From an uncultured Faecalibacterium sp. (GTDB lineage Bacteria > Bacillota > Clostridia > Oscillospirales > Ruminococcaceae), in the NCBI GenBank assembly GCA_934514285.1, contig CAKSXE010000002.1, positions 18,804-82,803 of the forward strand: a stretch of DNA of 64,000 nt, read 5' to 3'. The number at the start of each line of letters is the position of its first letter. The first letter of the stretch is position 1. Below, piece after piece: positions 8,712-19,255 of this stretch. The notes beneath the pieces were generated by a model. It was not told the origin of the DNA and searched no databases. It saw nothing but the letters and a program-made list of their open reading frames with translations. A program made the translations under genes and the position numbers.

Positions 8712-9590
8712 ATGATCCTGAGCATGACCGGTTTTGGCCGGGGGACTGCTGTATTGAATGGCCGCGAGATCACGGTCGAGCTGCGCAGCGTCAACTCCCG
8801 GTATTTCGAGTATTCGTCCCGCATCCCCCGCAGCTGTAGCTACATGGACAGCCGCCTGAAAAAACAGCTCAACGAGCGGGTCACCCGCGGCAAGGTCGAG
8901 CTGAGCATGACCATCCAGAACGTGGAGGCTGCTGACGCAGAGGTGACCGTCAACATGGAGCTGGCCCGCAGCTACCAGAAGGCCCTGCGGAACCTTTCGG
9001 AGAAGCTCTGCATCAAGAACGACGTCACCGTCTCGACGCTGACCCGCTTCCCGGACGTGCTGGCCACCCGCCACGCCGACGTGGACGAGGAACAGCTCTG
9101 GGCCGACGTCTCCGCCGTGACGGCTCAGGCGCTGGACAACTTCATCGCCATGCGCGCCGCCGAGGGCGCCAAGATGAAGGCCGACGTGGAGAGCCGCCTG
9201 TGCTTCCTCGAGGAGCGCGTGGGCAGGGTGGAGACCCTGAGCGCAGGCCGTGTCGAAGCCTACACCAACCGCCTCTACGAGAAGCTCAAGACCATCCTCG
9301 AGGACCGCAGCATCGACGACGCCCGCGTCCTGACGGAAGCCGCCATCTTCGGCGACAAGACCGCCGTGGACGAGGAGACCGTCCGTCTGCGCAGCCACAT
9401 CGCCCAGTACCGCTCCATTCTGGAGCTGGACGAGCCGGTGGGCCGCAAGCTGGACTTCCTGACCCAGGAGCTGAACCGTGAGACCAACACCATCGGCTCC
9501 AAGTGTCAGGACCTGGACATCACCCGCACGGTGGTGGACATGAAGGCGGAGATCGAGAAGATCCGCGAACAGATCCAGAACCTCGAATAA
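8712..9590 (+). CDS. yicC: YicC/YloC family stress-induced protein
   Basis: MILSMTGFGRG start; YicC N- and C-terminal domains (DUF1732 region). Confidence 0.75.
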   Translation: MILSMTGFGRGTAVLNGREITVELRSVNSRYFEYSSRIPRSCSYMDSRLKKQLNERVTRGKVELSMTIQNVEAADAEVTVNMELARSYQKALRNLSEKLCIKNDVTVSTLTRFPDVLATRHADVDEEQLWADVSAVTAQALDNFIAMRAAEGAKMKADVESRLCFLEERVGRVETLSAGRVEAYTNRLYEKLKTILEDRSIDDARVLTEAAIFGDKTAVDEETVRLRSHIAQYRSILELDEPVGRKLDFLTQELNRETNTIGSKCQDLDITRTVVDMKAEIEKIREQIQNLE

Positions 9591-9611
9591 AAACAGTACG
9601 GAGGAGTTCAG

Positions 9612-9875
9612 ATGAAGCTCATCAACATCGGCTTTGGCAATCTGGTCAGCGCAGGGCGGGTGGTGGCCGTCGTCAGCCCCGACTCTGCGCCGGTCAAGCG
9701 TCTGGTGAAGGAGGCGCGGGAGCGGGGGATGCTCATTGATGCGTCCTATGGCCGCAGCACCCGGGCCGTGCTCATCATGGACTCCGACCATGTAGTCCTT
9801 TCGGCCCTGACGCCTGAGACGGTGGCAAGCCGCGCTGCGGGCCAGCCGGAAGGAAAATCGACAGAGGAGCAGTAA
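9612..9875 (+). CDS. remA: DUF370 / extracellular matrix regulator RemA family
   Basis: [65 protein letters not shown] is near-identical in pattern to RemA/YlzA. Confidence 0.8.
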   Translation: MKLINIGFGNLVSAGRVVAVVSPDSAPVKRLVKEARERGMLIDASYGRSTRAVLIMDSDHVVLSALTPETVASRAAGQPEGKSTEEQ

Positions 9876-9878
9876 AAA

Positions 9879-10451
9879 ATGGAAAACGAAAAGTACCTGT
9901 TTGTCGTCTCCGGTGCCGCCGGTACCGGCAAGGATAGTGTGGTCAAGGCCCTGCGCGAGGCCCACCCCGAGATCGAAAAGACCGTCTCCGCCACCACCCG
10001 CGCACCCCGCCCCGGCGAGCAGGAGGGGGTGGACTACTACTACCGCACCCGGGAGCAGTTCCAGCACCTCATCGACACCGACCAGGTGGTGGAGCACAAC
10101 TTCTACAACGGCAACTACTACGGCACCCTCCGCGAAGAGGTGGATAAGCGCCTCGAGGCGGGCAAGCTGGTGGTGCTGGTCATCGACGTCCACGGCGCGG
10201 CCAATATCCGCCGGATGTTCCCGGGGGCTACCACCATCTTCCTGCTGCCGCCCTCCGTGGAGGAGCTGGAACGCCGCCTCCGGGGCCGCGGCACCGAGAC
10301 GGAAGCCAGCATCCTCGAGCGCCTCGACACCGCAAAGAAGGAGCTGGCCCAGCAGGAGAAGTTCACCCTCACCCTCGTGAACGACGAGGTGGACGCCTGC
10401 GCTGAGAAGCTCTACGGCATCATCCGCCAGCGGGCCGGCCTCGACAGATAA
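9879..10451 (+). CDS. gmk: guanylate kinase
   Basis: P-loop SGAAGTGKDSV; YYYRTREQF; guanylate kinase fold; conserved yicC-remA-gmk order. Confidence 0.85.
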   Translation: MENEKYLFVVSGAAGTGKDSVVKALREAHPEIEKTVSATTRAPRPGEQEGVDYYYRTREQFQHLIDTDQVVEHNFYNGNYYGTLREEVDKRLEAGKLVVLVIDVHGAANIRRMFPGATTIFLLPPSVEELERRLRGRGTETEASILERLDTAKKELAQQEKFTLTLVNDEVDACAEKLYGIIRQRAGLDR

Positions 10452-10464
10452 CAAGGAGCCGCGA

Positions 10465-12726
10465 ATGCCAAAAACGGTAGGCGTTGCCGTGAGCAACGCG
10501 ACCTTTCACTTCGACAAACTCTATACCTACGCCGTCATGCCCGACCAGCAGGAGGCCGTCCGCCTCGGCAGCATGGTGCTGGTGCCGTTCGGGCGGGGGA
10601 GCAAGGCCCGGATGGGCGTGGTGCTGGCCTGCGACGAAGAGCCGGAGCACGCCAAGCTCAAGTACCTCTTCGACGTGGCCCCCGCCTCGGCCTGCCTGAC
10701 GCCGGAGCTGCTGCGGCTGGTGCATTTCCTCAAGGAGCGCACCTTCTGCACCTACTACGAGGCCGTCAAGGCGGTCATCCCCTATGGGGCGCAGTATAAG
10801 CCCGCCCTCGCGGCGGACGGCGTGACGCCGGTGCTCCAAAAGCAGCTCACCCGCCACACCGAGAACAGCTATAAGCTGGTGGGAACACTTCAGCAAAAGC
10901 CGAAGCCCACGGCCAAGCAGCTGGCGGCGGTGGCCCTGCTGAGCGGGGGAGAGCGCACCCAGAACGAGATGGAGGCCCACGGCATCACCAAAGCCGTGCT
11001 GGACAACCTCTGCGCCAAGGGCGTCGTCGAATGCAGCAAGGTGAACAAATCCATCGACCTGTATTCGTCTATCCCGCTGAAAAACGAGCCTATCACCCTG
11101 ACGGCAGAGCAGCAGGCGGCCTATGACGCCCTGCTGCCCGGCCTCGAAGACACCGCCCCCCACTCGGCGCTGCTCTACGGCGTCACCGGCAGCGGCAAGA
11201 CGCTGGTGTTCTTAAAGCTCATCGAGCGGTGTCTGGCGCTGGGGCACCGCGCCCTCGTGCTGGTGCCGGAGATCAGCCTGACGCCGCAGATGATCCTCCG
11301 CCTCAAGAGCCGGTTCGGGCGGCGGGTGGCCGTCCAGCACTCGGCGCTGAACCACACCGAACGCCTGCTCCAATGGCAGATGATACAGGACGGCGGCGCG
11401 GACATCGTGGTGGGGACCCGAAGCGCCGTCTTTGCCCCGCTGGAAAACATCGGCCTCGTCATCATCGATGAAGAGCAGGAGCACACCTACCGCTCCGAGT
11501 CCGCGCCCCGGTACGCCGCCCACGAGGTGGCCCGGCAGCGGGCGGCGGAGAACGGCTCCCTGCTCCTTCTGGCCAGCGCCACCCCCAGCACCGAGAGCTT
11601 TTACGCCGCCCAGAATGGCCGCACCCAGCTCGTCCGGCTCACCCAGCGCTACGGCGGCAACCCGCTGCCCAGCGTCCAGATCGTGGATATGCGGGCGGAG
11701 CTGGCCTCGGGCAACCCGAGGGAGATCAGCCTCGCCATGGAGGACGCCATCCGGCGCAACCTCGACGCGGGGAAGCAGACGATCCTGCTGCTCAACCGCC
11801 GTGGCTACCAGACCATGGCCCAGTGCGACGACTGCCGCGAGGTGCTGAAATGCCCCAAGTGCAGCGTCCCCATGGTCTACCACAAGGCGGGCCACAAGCT
11901 GCTCTGCCACTACTGCGGCACCCAGCTCGACCCGCCCCCCAAGACCTGCCCCGCCTGCGGCGGCAAGCTGCTCTACCGGGGCTTCGGCACCCAGAAGGCC
12001 GAGGAGGAGCTGGCTGAGCTTTTCCCGGAGGCAAGGGTGCTGCGGATGGATCAGGACTCCACCGCCGCCAAAGACGCCCACGAAAAGCTGCTGGCGAAGT
12101 TCGCCCGGCATGAGTACGACATCATGGTGGGGACCCAGATGGTGGCCAAGGGCCTCGATTTCGAGGACGTGACCCTCGTGGGCGTCCTCGGCATCGACTC
12201 GCTGCTGTTCGCGCAGGGGTTCCGGGCCTACGAGACGGTGTTCAGCCTCATTACGCAGGTGGTGGGGCGCTCCGGCCGGGCGAAAGACCCGGGCTTCGCC
12301 ATCATCCAGACCACCGACCCGGACAACCCCGTCCTCAACCTCGCCGCCGCCCAGGACTACGACGCCTTCTTCGAGCAGGAGATCGCCTATCGCAAGCTGG
12401 GCCTCTACCCGCCCTTCTGCGGGCTCTGCGTCGTGGGCTTCTCCGGCCCGAAGGAGATGGAGGTGGCCCGGGCCGCCGCCCGGTTCTCGGCCCTCTTAGG
12501 CCGTCAGGCCGCGCAGCAGCCGGACTTGCCCCTCCGGGTGCTTGGCCCCACCCCCGGCAACATCGAAAAGATCAACGAGAACTACCGCTACAAGCTCACC
12601 ATCAAGTGCCGCGCCGACAAACGCTTCCGCGACCTTGTCCGCCAGACCCTCGGCCTCTACGAGCAGGAAAAGCTGCCCAGCAAGGCCACCGTGGTGGTGG
12701 ATATGCATTCTGACGGTGATATTTGA
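10465..12726 (+). CDS. priA: primosomal protein N' (replication restart helicase PriA)
   Basis: Walker A GVTGSGKT; DEEQEH box; CxxC...CxxC zinc-binding; 753 aa. Confidence 0.85.
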   Translation: MPKTVGVAVSNATFHFDKLYTYAVMPDQQEAVRLGSMVLVPFGRGSKARMGVVLACDEEPEHAKLKYLFDVAPASACLTPELLRLVHFLKERTFCTYYEAVKAVIPYGAQYKPALAADGVTPVLQKQLTRHTENSYKLVGTLQQKPKPTAKQLAAVALLSGGERTQNEMEAHGITKAVLDNLCAKGVVECSKVNKSIDLYSSIPLKNEPITLTAEQQAAYDALLPGLEDTAPHSALLYGVTGSGKTLVFLKLIERCLALGHRALVLVPEISLTPQMILRLKSRFGRRVAVQHSALNHTERLLQWQMIQDGGADIVVGTRSAVFAPLENIGLVIIDEEQEHTYRSESAPRYAAHEVARQRAAENGSLLLLASATPSTESFYAAQNGRTQLVRLTQRYGGNPLPSVQIVDMRAELASGNPREISLAMEDAIRRNLDAGKQTILLLNRRGYQTMAQCDDCREVLKCPKCSVPMVYHKAGHKLLCHYCGTQLDPPPKTCPACGGKLLYRGFGTQKAEEELAELFPEARVLRMDQDSTAAKDAHEKLLAKFARHEYDIMVGTQMVAKGLDFEDVTLVGVLGIDSLLFAQGFRAYETVFSLITQVVGRSGRAKDPGFAIIQTTDPDNPVLNLAAAQDYDAFFEQEIAYRKLGLYPPFCGLCVVGFSGPKEMEVARAAARFSALLGRQAAQQPDLPLRVLGPTPGNIEKINENYRYKLTIKCRADKRFRDLVRQTLGLYEQEKLPSKATVVVDMHSDGDI

Positions 12727-12750
12727 TAAGATTATTTGGAGGTATACTTC

Positions 12751-13287
12751 ATGGCTATCCGCAACATTGTAAAAGAGGGCGACCCCATCCTGAACAAGGT
12801 CTGCCGCCCCGTGACCAACTTCGATGACCGTCTGGCCACCCTGCTGGACGATATGCGCGAGACGATGATCGCCGCCGACGGCGTGGGTCTCGCAGGCCCG
12901 CAGGTGGGGATGCTGCGCCGCGTCTTCGTGGTGTGGGACACCACCGACGCCCCGGAGGAGATTCCCGAAAACTACGAGTACAAGTTCATCGACTTCGTCA
13001 ACCCGGAGATCCTCGCCGTGTCTGAGGACGAGGAGACCGCCTACGAGGGCTGCCTGTCCTTCCCCGGCCACAACGGCGCCGTGACCCGCCCCGTGGCCGT
13101 CAAGGTCCGCGCACAGGACCGCCACGGCGAGTGGTTCGAGCTGGAAGCCGAGGACCTGCTGGCCCGCTGCATCCAGCACGAGAACGACCATCTGGACGGC
13201 ATCACCATCATGGAGTCCAGCGAGTTCTTCTATGAGGACACCGAGGAGGGCCGCGCCGCTGCCGCCAAGAAGAAGGAGAACGACTGA
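12751..13287 (+). CDS. def: peptide deformylase
   Basis: EGCLSFPG and HENDHLDG motifs; start MAIRNIV with GGAGG RBS. Confidence 0.85.
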   Translation: MAIRNIVKEGDPILNKVCRPVTNFDDRLATLLDDMRETMIAADGVGLAGPQVGMLRRVFVVWDTTDAPEEIPENYEYKFIDFVNPEILAVSEDEETAYEGCLSFPGHNGAVTRPVAVKVRAQDRHGEWFELEAEDLLARCIQHENDHLDGITIMESSEFFYEDTEEGRAAAAKKKEND

Positions 13288-14207
13288 TGCGCATTCTGTT
13301 CATGGGGACGCCGGACATTGCGGCGGACTGCCTGAAAGCCCTGTATGAGGCGGGCCACGACATCTGCGCGGTCTACACCCGGCGCGACAAGCCCGTGGGC
13401 CGCAAGCAGGTGCTCACCGCACCCCCGGTGAAGGAAGTGGCGTTGGCCCACGGCACCCCCGTCTTTCAGCCCCGCACCCTGCGGGACGGCGGCGAGGACG
13501 AGAACATCCGCGCCCTGGATCCTGAGCTCATCGTCGTGGTGGCCTACGGCTGCATCCTGCCCAAGTCGGTGCTGGAAGCGCCCAAGTACGGCTGCATCAA
13601 CCTCCACGTCTCCCTGCTGCCGAAATACCGCGGCAGCGCCCCCGTGCAGTGGGCGGTGCTGAACGGCGACGCCGAGACGGGCGTCTCCATCATGCAGATG
13701 GACGAGGGACTGGACACCGGCGACGTGCTGGCCTGCGAGCGGATCGCCATCGACCCCGAGGAGACCAGCGGCCAGCTCTTCGACCGGGTGACCGCCGTGG
13801 GCGCACGGGTGCTCTGTGAGACCCTGCCTGCCATCGCAGCCGGGACGCTCAAGGCAGAGCCTCAGGCCCACGAGAACGCCTCCGTCGCTCCCATGCTGAG
13901 CAAGGAGATGGCGGAGTTCAGGCTCACCGACAGCGCCGACCACATCCACAACTGGGTGCGGGGCATGAACCCGTGGCCCGGGGCATGGTTCGTGACGGCG
14001 GGCGGCAAGAAGGTCAAAGTCATGGAGTGCCGGGTGGCCGAAAGCCACGGCGAGGCCGCTGGCACTGTGCTGGCGACGAAGCCCCTGACCGTGGCCTGCG
14101 GTGAGGGCGCTGTCCAGCTTTTGCACGTGGTGCCGGAGGGCAAGAAGCCCATGGACGGCACCTCCTTCGCCGCCGGTCTCCGCCTCAAGGCGGGGGATAG
14201 CCTGTGA
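13287..14207 (+). CDS. fmt: methionyl-tRNA formyltransferase
   Basis: MRILFMGTPDIAADCLKAL; NLHVSLLPKYRGSAPVQWAVLNG motif. Confidence 0.85.
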   Translation: MRILFMGTPDIAADCLKALYEAGHDICAVYTRRDKPVGRKQVLTAPPVKEVALAHGTPVFQPRTLRDGGEDENIRALDPELIVVVAYGCILPKSVLEAPKYGCINLHVSLLPKYRGSAPVQWAVLNGDAETGVSIMQMDEGLDTGDVLACERIAIDPEETSGQLFDRVTAVGARVLCETLPAIAAGTLKAEPQAHENASVAPMLSKEMAEFRLTDSADHIHNWVRGMNPWPGAWFVTAGGKKVKVMECRVAESHGEAAGTVLATKPLTVACGEGAVQLLHVVPEGKKPMDGTSFAAGLRLKAGDSL

Positions 14208-15532
14208 GCGGCCCGAACCCCCGCGCGGCGGCGGTGGCGGCGCTGGTGCGGCAGGAGCAGGACGGATTTTCCAACCTCATCCTCGACGCAGAGCTGCGCC
14301 GCCAGAAGCTGGAAGGCCGCGATAAAGCATTTGCCAGCGCGATTTTTTATACCGTGCTGGAACATCAGGGGACGCTGGACTATATCCTGAGCCGGTTTTT
14401 GCCCAAAGGGCTTTCAAAGCTCGACCCGCAGGTGCGGGAGATCTTGCGCGCCGCGCTGGCGCAGGCCCGCTATATGCAGGTGCCGGCCTCGGCGGCGGTC
14501 AATGAGGCCGTCAAGCTGACCCGCACCTTCAAAAAAGCCAGCGCCTCCGGCCTCGTGAACGCCGTGCTGCGCCGGGCCATCGCCTATGACCTCGGCACTG
14601 CCGTCTTTGCCGACGAGGTGGAGCGGCTGATGGTGCTGGGCTCTGCCGGGCGGGACGTGGCAGCGTTCCTCCACGAGAAGTACCCAGACGAGGCGCTGGA
14701 CATCCTGACCCACACCGCCGACGGAGGCCTCACCAGCCTCCGGGCCAACCCCCTGAAAGGGACGCCGGAAGCCCTCTGCGAAAAGCTGCTGGCCTCGGGC
14801 GCGAAGAGCGCCGCCCCGGGCCTCGTGCCGGGCAGCGTCTTGGCCCGCTTCGAGGGCAGCCCCGCTGAGAGCGAACTCTTCCGGGAAGGCTGTTTCCACG
14901 TGGAGGGGCAGGCCAGCCAGCTTGCCGCCCTCTGTGTGGAGGCAAAGCCCGGCGATACCGTCCTCGACCTCTGCGCCGCCCCCGGCGGCAAGAGCCTGCT
15001 CCTCATCGAGGAGATGGGGGACGAAGGGCGGCTGGTGAGCTGCGACGTCAGCGAGAACCGCGTCCAGCTCATCCGGAAGGCCGTGGAGCGGATGGGCTTT
15101 GCCCACGTGGAGCCCCGGGTCTCCGACGGCACAAAGGCAGATGCCGATTTGCCCATGGCGGACGCCATCCTCGTGGACGCACCCTGCAGCGGCCTCGGCA
15201 TCCTCGCCAAGAAGCCGGACATCCGCTATAAGACCCTCGGAAAAGCGCGTCACGATGAATTATTGGCCACCCAGTCGGCCATTCTGGATACAGCCGCCGC
15301 CCACCTGAAAGAGGGCGGGCGTCTGGTCTACTCCACCTGCACCATCGACCCCGCCGAGAACGAAGAGCAGGTGCGGGCCTTCGTGGGCCGACACCCGGAG
15401 TTCCGGGTGGTGACGCCGGACGTCCGCTTCCCGGCCGGGATGACGGTGGGGGACTGGGGTGCGCTTTCCGTCCCCACCCGCACCGGCATGGACGGCTTTT
15501 TCCTCTGCGCGATGCAGAAACGTGATTCCTGA
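14204..15532 (+). CDS. rsmB: 16S rRNA (cytosine967-C5)-methyltransferase RsmB/Sun
   Basis: NusB-like N-terminus; DLCAAPGGKS SAM motif; catalytic TC (YSTCT). Confidence 0.8.
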   Translation: MSGPNPRAAAVAALVRQEQDGFSNLILDAELRRQKLEGRDKAFASAIFYTVLEHQGTLDYILSRFLPKGLSKLDPQVREILRAALAQARYMQVPASAAVNEAVKLTRTFKKASASGLVNAVLRRAIAYDLGTAVFADEVERLMVLGSAGRDVAAFLHEKYPDEALDILTHTADGGLTSLRANPLKGTPEALCEKLLASGAKSAAPGLVPGSVLARFEGSPAESELFREGCFHVEGQASQLAALCVEAKPGDTVLDLCAAPGGKSLLLIEEMGDEGRLVSCDVSENRVQLIRKAVERMGFAHVEPRVSDGTKADADLPMADAILVDAPCSGLGILAKKPDIRYKTLGKARHDELLATQSAILDTAAAHLKEGGRLVYSTCTIDPAENEEQVRAFVGRHPEFRVVTPDVRFPAGMTVGDWGALSVPTRTGMDGFFLCAMQKRDS

Positions 15533-15547
15533 CAGAAGGAGATTTTC

Positions 15548-16588
15548 ATGGAAACGAAACGCTGTATATCCTCCCTGACGCTGGAACAGCTGACAGCGGA
15601 GCTGAAAGCGATGGGCCAGCCCGGCTTCCGGGCAAAGCAACTCTTCCACTGGGTCCACCAGAAGCTCGTGACCGACTTTTCGGCCATGACCGACCAGCCC
15701 AAAGCCCTGCTGGCCAAGCTGGAGGAGGCATTTTACATCGCCGCGCCCATCATCGAGCGGCGGCAGGAGGCCAAGGACGGCACCGTGAAGTACCTGCTGC
15801 GGATGGCCGACGGCAACTGCATCGAGACCGTCGTCATGCGCTACCACTACGGCAACACGGTCTGCGTGTCCACTCAGGTGGGCTGCCGGATGGGCTGCCG
15901 CTTCTGCGCCTCGACCCAGGCGGGCCGCGTCCGCAACCTGGAGGCGGGGGAGATATGCTCCGAGATTTACACCGCCCAGAAGGACATCGGGGAGCGCATC
16001 TCCCACATCGTGCTGATGGGCATCGGGGAGCCGCTGGATAATTTCGACGAAGTCATGCGCTTTCTCGAGAACATCTCGTCCCCCGAGGGCGTGAACATCG
16101 GGATGAGGAACATCAGCCTCTCCACCTGCGGCCTCGTGCCGAAAATCGACCAGCTGGCCGAGAAGAAGCTTCAGCTCACCCTCTCCGTCTCCCTCCACGC
16201 CCCCAACAACGACATCCGCAGCGGCATGATGCCCGTGAACGACGCCTACCCCGTGGAGGTGCTGATGCAGGCCGTGCGCCGGTATCAGGAGACGACGGGC
16301 CGGAGAGTGAGCTTCGAGTATTCCATGGTGCGGGGGGTCAACGACTCCGACGCCTGCGCCAAACAGCTGGCCGACCTCATCCGGGGGATGGGCGCTCACG
16401 TCAACCTCATCCCCATCAACCCGGTGGACGGCAGCCCCTATTCGGCTACCGACGCCGCCAACGTCCGGCGCTTCCAGCAGAAGCTGGAAAGCCTCGGCGT
16501 CAACGCCACCGTCCGCCGCCGTCTGGGCAGCGAGATCAGCGCCGCGTGCGGCCAGCTCCGCCGCGACGAGATGAACGGCAAAGTTTGA
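15548..16588 (+). CDS. rlmN: 23S rRNA (adenine2503-C2)-methyltransferase RlmN (radical SAM)
   Basis: CRMGCRFCAST radical-SAM CxxxCxxC; GIGEPLDN. Confidence 0.85.
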   Translation: METKRCISSLTLEQLTAELKAMGQPGFRAKQLFHWVHQKLVTDFSAMTDQPKALLAKLEEAFYIAAPIIERRQEAKDGTVKYLLRMADGNCIETVVMRYHYGNTVCVSTQVGCRMGCRFCASTQAGRVRNLEAGEICSEIYTAQKDIGERISHIVLMGIGEPLDNFDEVMRFLENISSPEGVNIGMRNISLSTCGLVPKIDQLAEKKLQLTLSVSLHAPNNDIRSGMMPVNDAYPVEVLMQAVRRYQETTGRRVSFEYSMVRGVNDSDACAKQLADLIRGMGAHVNLIPINPVDGSPYSATDAANVRRFQQKLESLGVNATVRRRLGSEISAACGQLRRDEMNGKV

Positions 16589-16601
16589 GAGGGAGGATCC
16601 T

Positions 16602-17351
16602 ATGAAACTTGCAGGAAAAACAGACGTCGGCAGCGTCCGCCCCGAGAATCAGGACGACTACCGGGCAGGGGAGCTGAACAGCGACGCGGCCTGGGGCCTC
16701 GTGTGCGACGGCATGGGCGGTGCGCGGGGAGGCCGTGAGGCTTCCATGAGCGCCTGCGACGTCATCGAGCACAGCTTCCACGAGCAGTACGCCCAGTGCC
16801 TGCCCGGCGACGAGGAAAAGTTTTTGAAGCGGGCGCTCACGAACGCCAACCGCTTCGTCTTCCAGAAAGCCTCCCGGGAGGAGGAGCTGGCGGGCATGGG
16901 GACCACGGCAGTCTGCGCCCTCGTGCGGGGCGGCAACGCCTTTATCTGCCACGCGGGCGACTCCCGGGCCTACCTCGTCCGGGACGGTAAACTCACCCAG
17001 CTCACCCACGACCACTCCTACGTGCAGGAGCTGGTGGACTGCGGCACCATCACCGCCGAGGAGGCCGAGCATCATCCCCAGAAGAACATCATCACCCGGG
17101 CGCTGGGCGTGGACTACCGCCTCGACCCCGAGTTCACCAGCGTGCCGGTGCAGAAGGGCGATATGATCCTGCTCTGCACCGACGGCCTCACCAACGTCCT
17201 GCCCAAAGAAAAAATCGAAGAAATTTTCACCAAGGGCGGGTTCTACGACATCCCCGACCGGCTGGTGGACGCCGCCAACGCGGGCGGCGGCCCCGACAAC
17301 ATCACCGCGCTGCTGCTGGGCGTGGAGCCGCTGGAGGTGAAGCATGGATAA
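16602..17351 (+). CDS. stp: PP2C-family Ser/Thr protein phosphatase (Stp/PrpC)
   Basis: GKTDVGSVRPENQD, DGMGG, GDSRAYL and DGLTN motifs. Confidence 0.8.
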   Translation: MKLAGKTDVGSVRPENQDDYRAGELNSDAAWGLVCDGMGGARGGREASMSACDVIEHSFHEQYAQCLPGDEEKFLKRALTNANRFVFQKASREEELAGMGTTAVCALVRGGNAFICHAGDSRAYLVRDGKLTQLTHDHSYVQELVDCGTITAEEAEHHPQKNIITRALGVDYRLDPEFTSVPVQKGDMILLCTDGLTNVLPKEKIEEIFTKGGFYDIPDRLVDAANAGGGPDNITALLLGVEPLEVKHG

Positions 17352-19245
17352 TCTCATCGGCAAGACGCTGGACGGGCTCTACACCATTCAGGAGCTCATC
17401 GGAGCAGGCGGCATGGCCAACGTCTACAAGGCCGTGGTCTCTGCCCCCGGCGGGCCTGTGCCGGAAGGCACGGTGGTGGCCGTCAAGGTGCTGCGTCAGG
17501 AGCTGATGCACGACGCCGACCTCGTCCGCCGCTTCAAGAACGAGTCCAAGGCCATCTCCCTGCTCAACCACCCCAACATCGTCAAGGTCTACGACGTCTC
17601 CGTCGGCGAAAACTTACAGTATATCGTCATGGAGTGCGTGGAGGGGATGACTCTCCGGGAGTACCTCAACGAGCGGGGCGGCAAAATAACCAGCCGGGAG
17701 ACCGTCCACTTCATCGCCCAGATCCTCCGCGCCCTCGACCACGCCCACCGCAACGGCGTCGTCCACCGGGACATCAAGCCCCAGAACATCATGCTGCTGG
17801 ACAACGGCCAGCTGCGGATGATGGACTTCGGCATCGCCCGCATCTCCCGGGCCGAGAACCAGATCCAGAGCGGCAAAAAGGCCATGGGCAGCGTCCACTA
17901 CATCAGCCCCGAACAGGCGAAGGGGGAGGAGACCGACCCCAAGAGCGACATCTACTCCGTGGGCGTCATGATGTACGAGATGCTCTCGGGCAAACTGCCC
18001 TTCGACGCCGACGACATGGTGGAGGTGGCCCGCAAGCAGATACGGGACACCCCGAAGCCGCTGGCCGAGCTTGCCCCGGAGGTGCCGCTGGGCCTCGTGC
18101 AGATCACGGAACGCGCCATGGCGAAGCTGCCGGTGAACCGGTATTCCAGCGCTGCAGAGATGCTGGAAGCGCTGGACGCCTACGTGCAGGACCCCTCCGT
18201 CACGTTCCAGTATCAATATGTAAAAGAAGAACCTGAAAAGGTGGTGAATGACCCCATGCCGCAGAAACGCAGCATCCGCAGACCCCCGGAGAAACCGGCG
18301 GCGAATCCCGCCCGCCCCAAAGCCAAGGCGAAAAAGAAGAAGCGCGGCGTCTTTATGCCGGTGCTGCTGGGCATCACGACGGCCTTTGCGCTGGCCTGTG
18401 CGGCCCTGTGCTGGGTCATCCTGAACGATTCCAGCAACATCATGACCGACCGCGCCGACATCGTGCTGGGCGATTTCAGCGGCATGACCCAGGACGAGGT
18501 GAACGCCTCTGAGCAGGTGGCCTCCGGTCAGGTGGTCGTCAACTGGGAAGAGGAGTACAGCAACGACTACGCCGCAGGCTATGTCTACAAGCAGTCGCCG
18601 GTGGCGGGCCGCACCGTCCGCGAGGGCCAGAGCGTGACCCTCACCGTCAGCCTCGGCATCCACTACGTTACCGTCCCCGACCTGACCAACTACGTGCAGG
18701 CCGACGGCGAACAGCAGCTCAAAGACCTGGGCGTGTCGGTGCTGGTCACCCAGACCGTGGATGAGTCGGTGGCCGCAGGCTCCATCATCCGCACCGACCC
18801 CGCCGCAGGCAGTCAGGTGGCCGCAGGCACTACGGTGGTGGTCTACGTGAGCCGCCCGCAGGTGGCCACCACCACCAAAGTCCCCAGCCTCATCGGCATG
18901 AGCGTGGAGGACGCCCGCACCCTGCTGGTGCAGCGGAAACTGGGTCTGGGCAGCCAGACCGAGCAGTACAGCGACCAGCCCGTGGGCAGCATCATCAGCC
19001 AGAACCCCGGCGAGGGCGCATCGGCCAAGCTCAACACCCGGGTCAGCGTCGTGGTCAGCGCAGGCCCCGAACCTGCACCGGAACCCGAGGCACCCAGCGA
19101 CAGCACCGCCAGCAGCGACGGCTCCGGCGGCTGGTGGGGCGGCCTCTTCGGGGGCAGCAGCTCTTCCAGCGAGAGCACCGGCGAGGGCTCGGCTTCCTCC
19201 ACCGGCGGCGGTCTCAGCGACTGGTGGTCGTCCTGGCTGGGCTAA
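17344..19245 (+). CDS. prkC: Ser/Thr protein kinase with PASTA repeats (PrkC/StkP type), Ser/Gly-rich C-terminal tail
   Basis: Kinase subdomains GAGGMANVYKA...VAVK...HRDIKPQN...DFGIA; TM helix; three PASTA-like repeats (VPDLTNY, VPSLIGM). Confidence 0.85.
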   Translation: MDNLIGKTLDGLYTIQELIGAGGMANVYKAVVSAPGGPVPEGTVVAVKVLRQELMHDADLVRRFKNESKAISLLNHPNIVKVYDVSVGENLQYIVMECVEGMTLREYLNERGGKITSRETVHFIAQILRALDHAHRNGVVHRDIKPQNIMLLDNGQLRMMDFGIARISRAENQIQSGKKAMGSVHYISPEQAKGEETDPKSDIYSVGVMMYEMLSGKLPFDADDMVEVARKQIRDTPKPLAELAPEVPLGLVQITERAMAKLPVNRYSSAAEMLEALDAYVQDPSVTFQYQYVKEEPEKVVNDPMPQKRSIRRPPEKPAANPARPKAKAKKKKRGVFMPVLLGITTAFALACAALCWVILNDSSNIMTDRADIVLGDFSGMTQDEVNASEQVASGQVVVNWEEEYSNDYAAGYVYKQSPVAGRTVREGQSVTLTVSLGIHYVTVPDLTNYVQADGEQQLKDLGVSVLVTQTVDESVAAGSIIRTDPAAGSQVAAGTTVVVYVSRPQVATTTKVPSLIGMSVEDARTLLVQRKLGLGSQTEQYSDQPVGSIISQNPGEGASAKLNTRVSVVVSAGPEPAPEPEAPSDSTASSDGSGGWWGGLFGGSSSSSESTGEGSASSTGGGLSDWWSSWLG

Positions 19246-19255
19246 AGGAGAAGGT

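Noticed and set aside
8295-10496. 733-aa ORF antisense to yicC-remA-gmk, plus similar long antisense ORFs (5144..6469, 6853..8373, 15260..16399, 27596..29116, 36334..38484, 42548..45508, 45946..48855, 59383..61167)
   Set aside because: High GC content leaves long stop-free antisense frames. Each lies opposite a strongly recognisable gene, has G/A/R/P-rich low-complexity composition, and has no RBS or family match.
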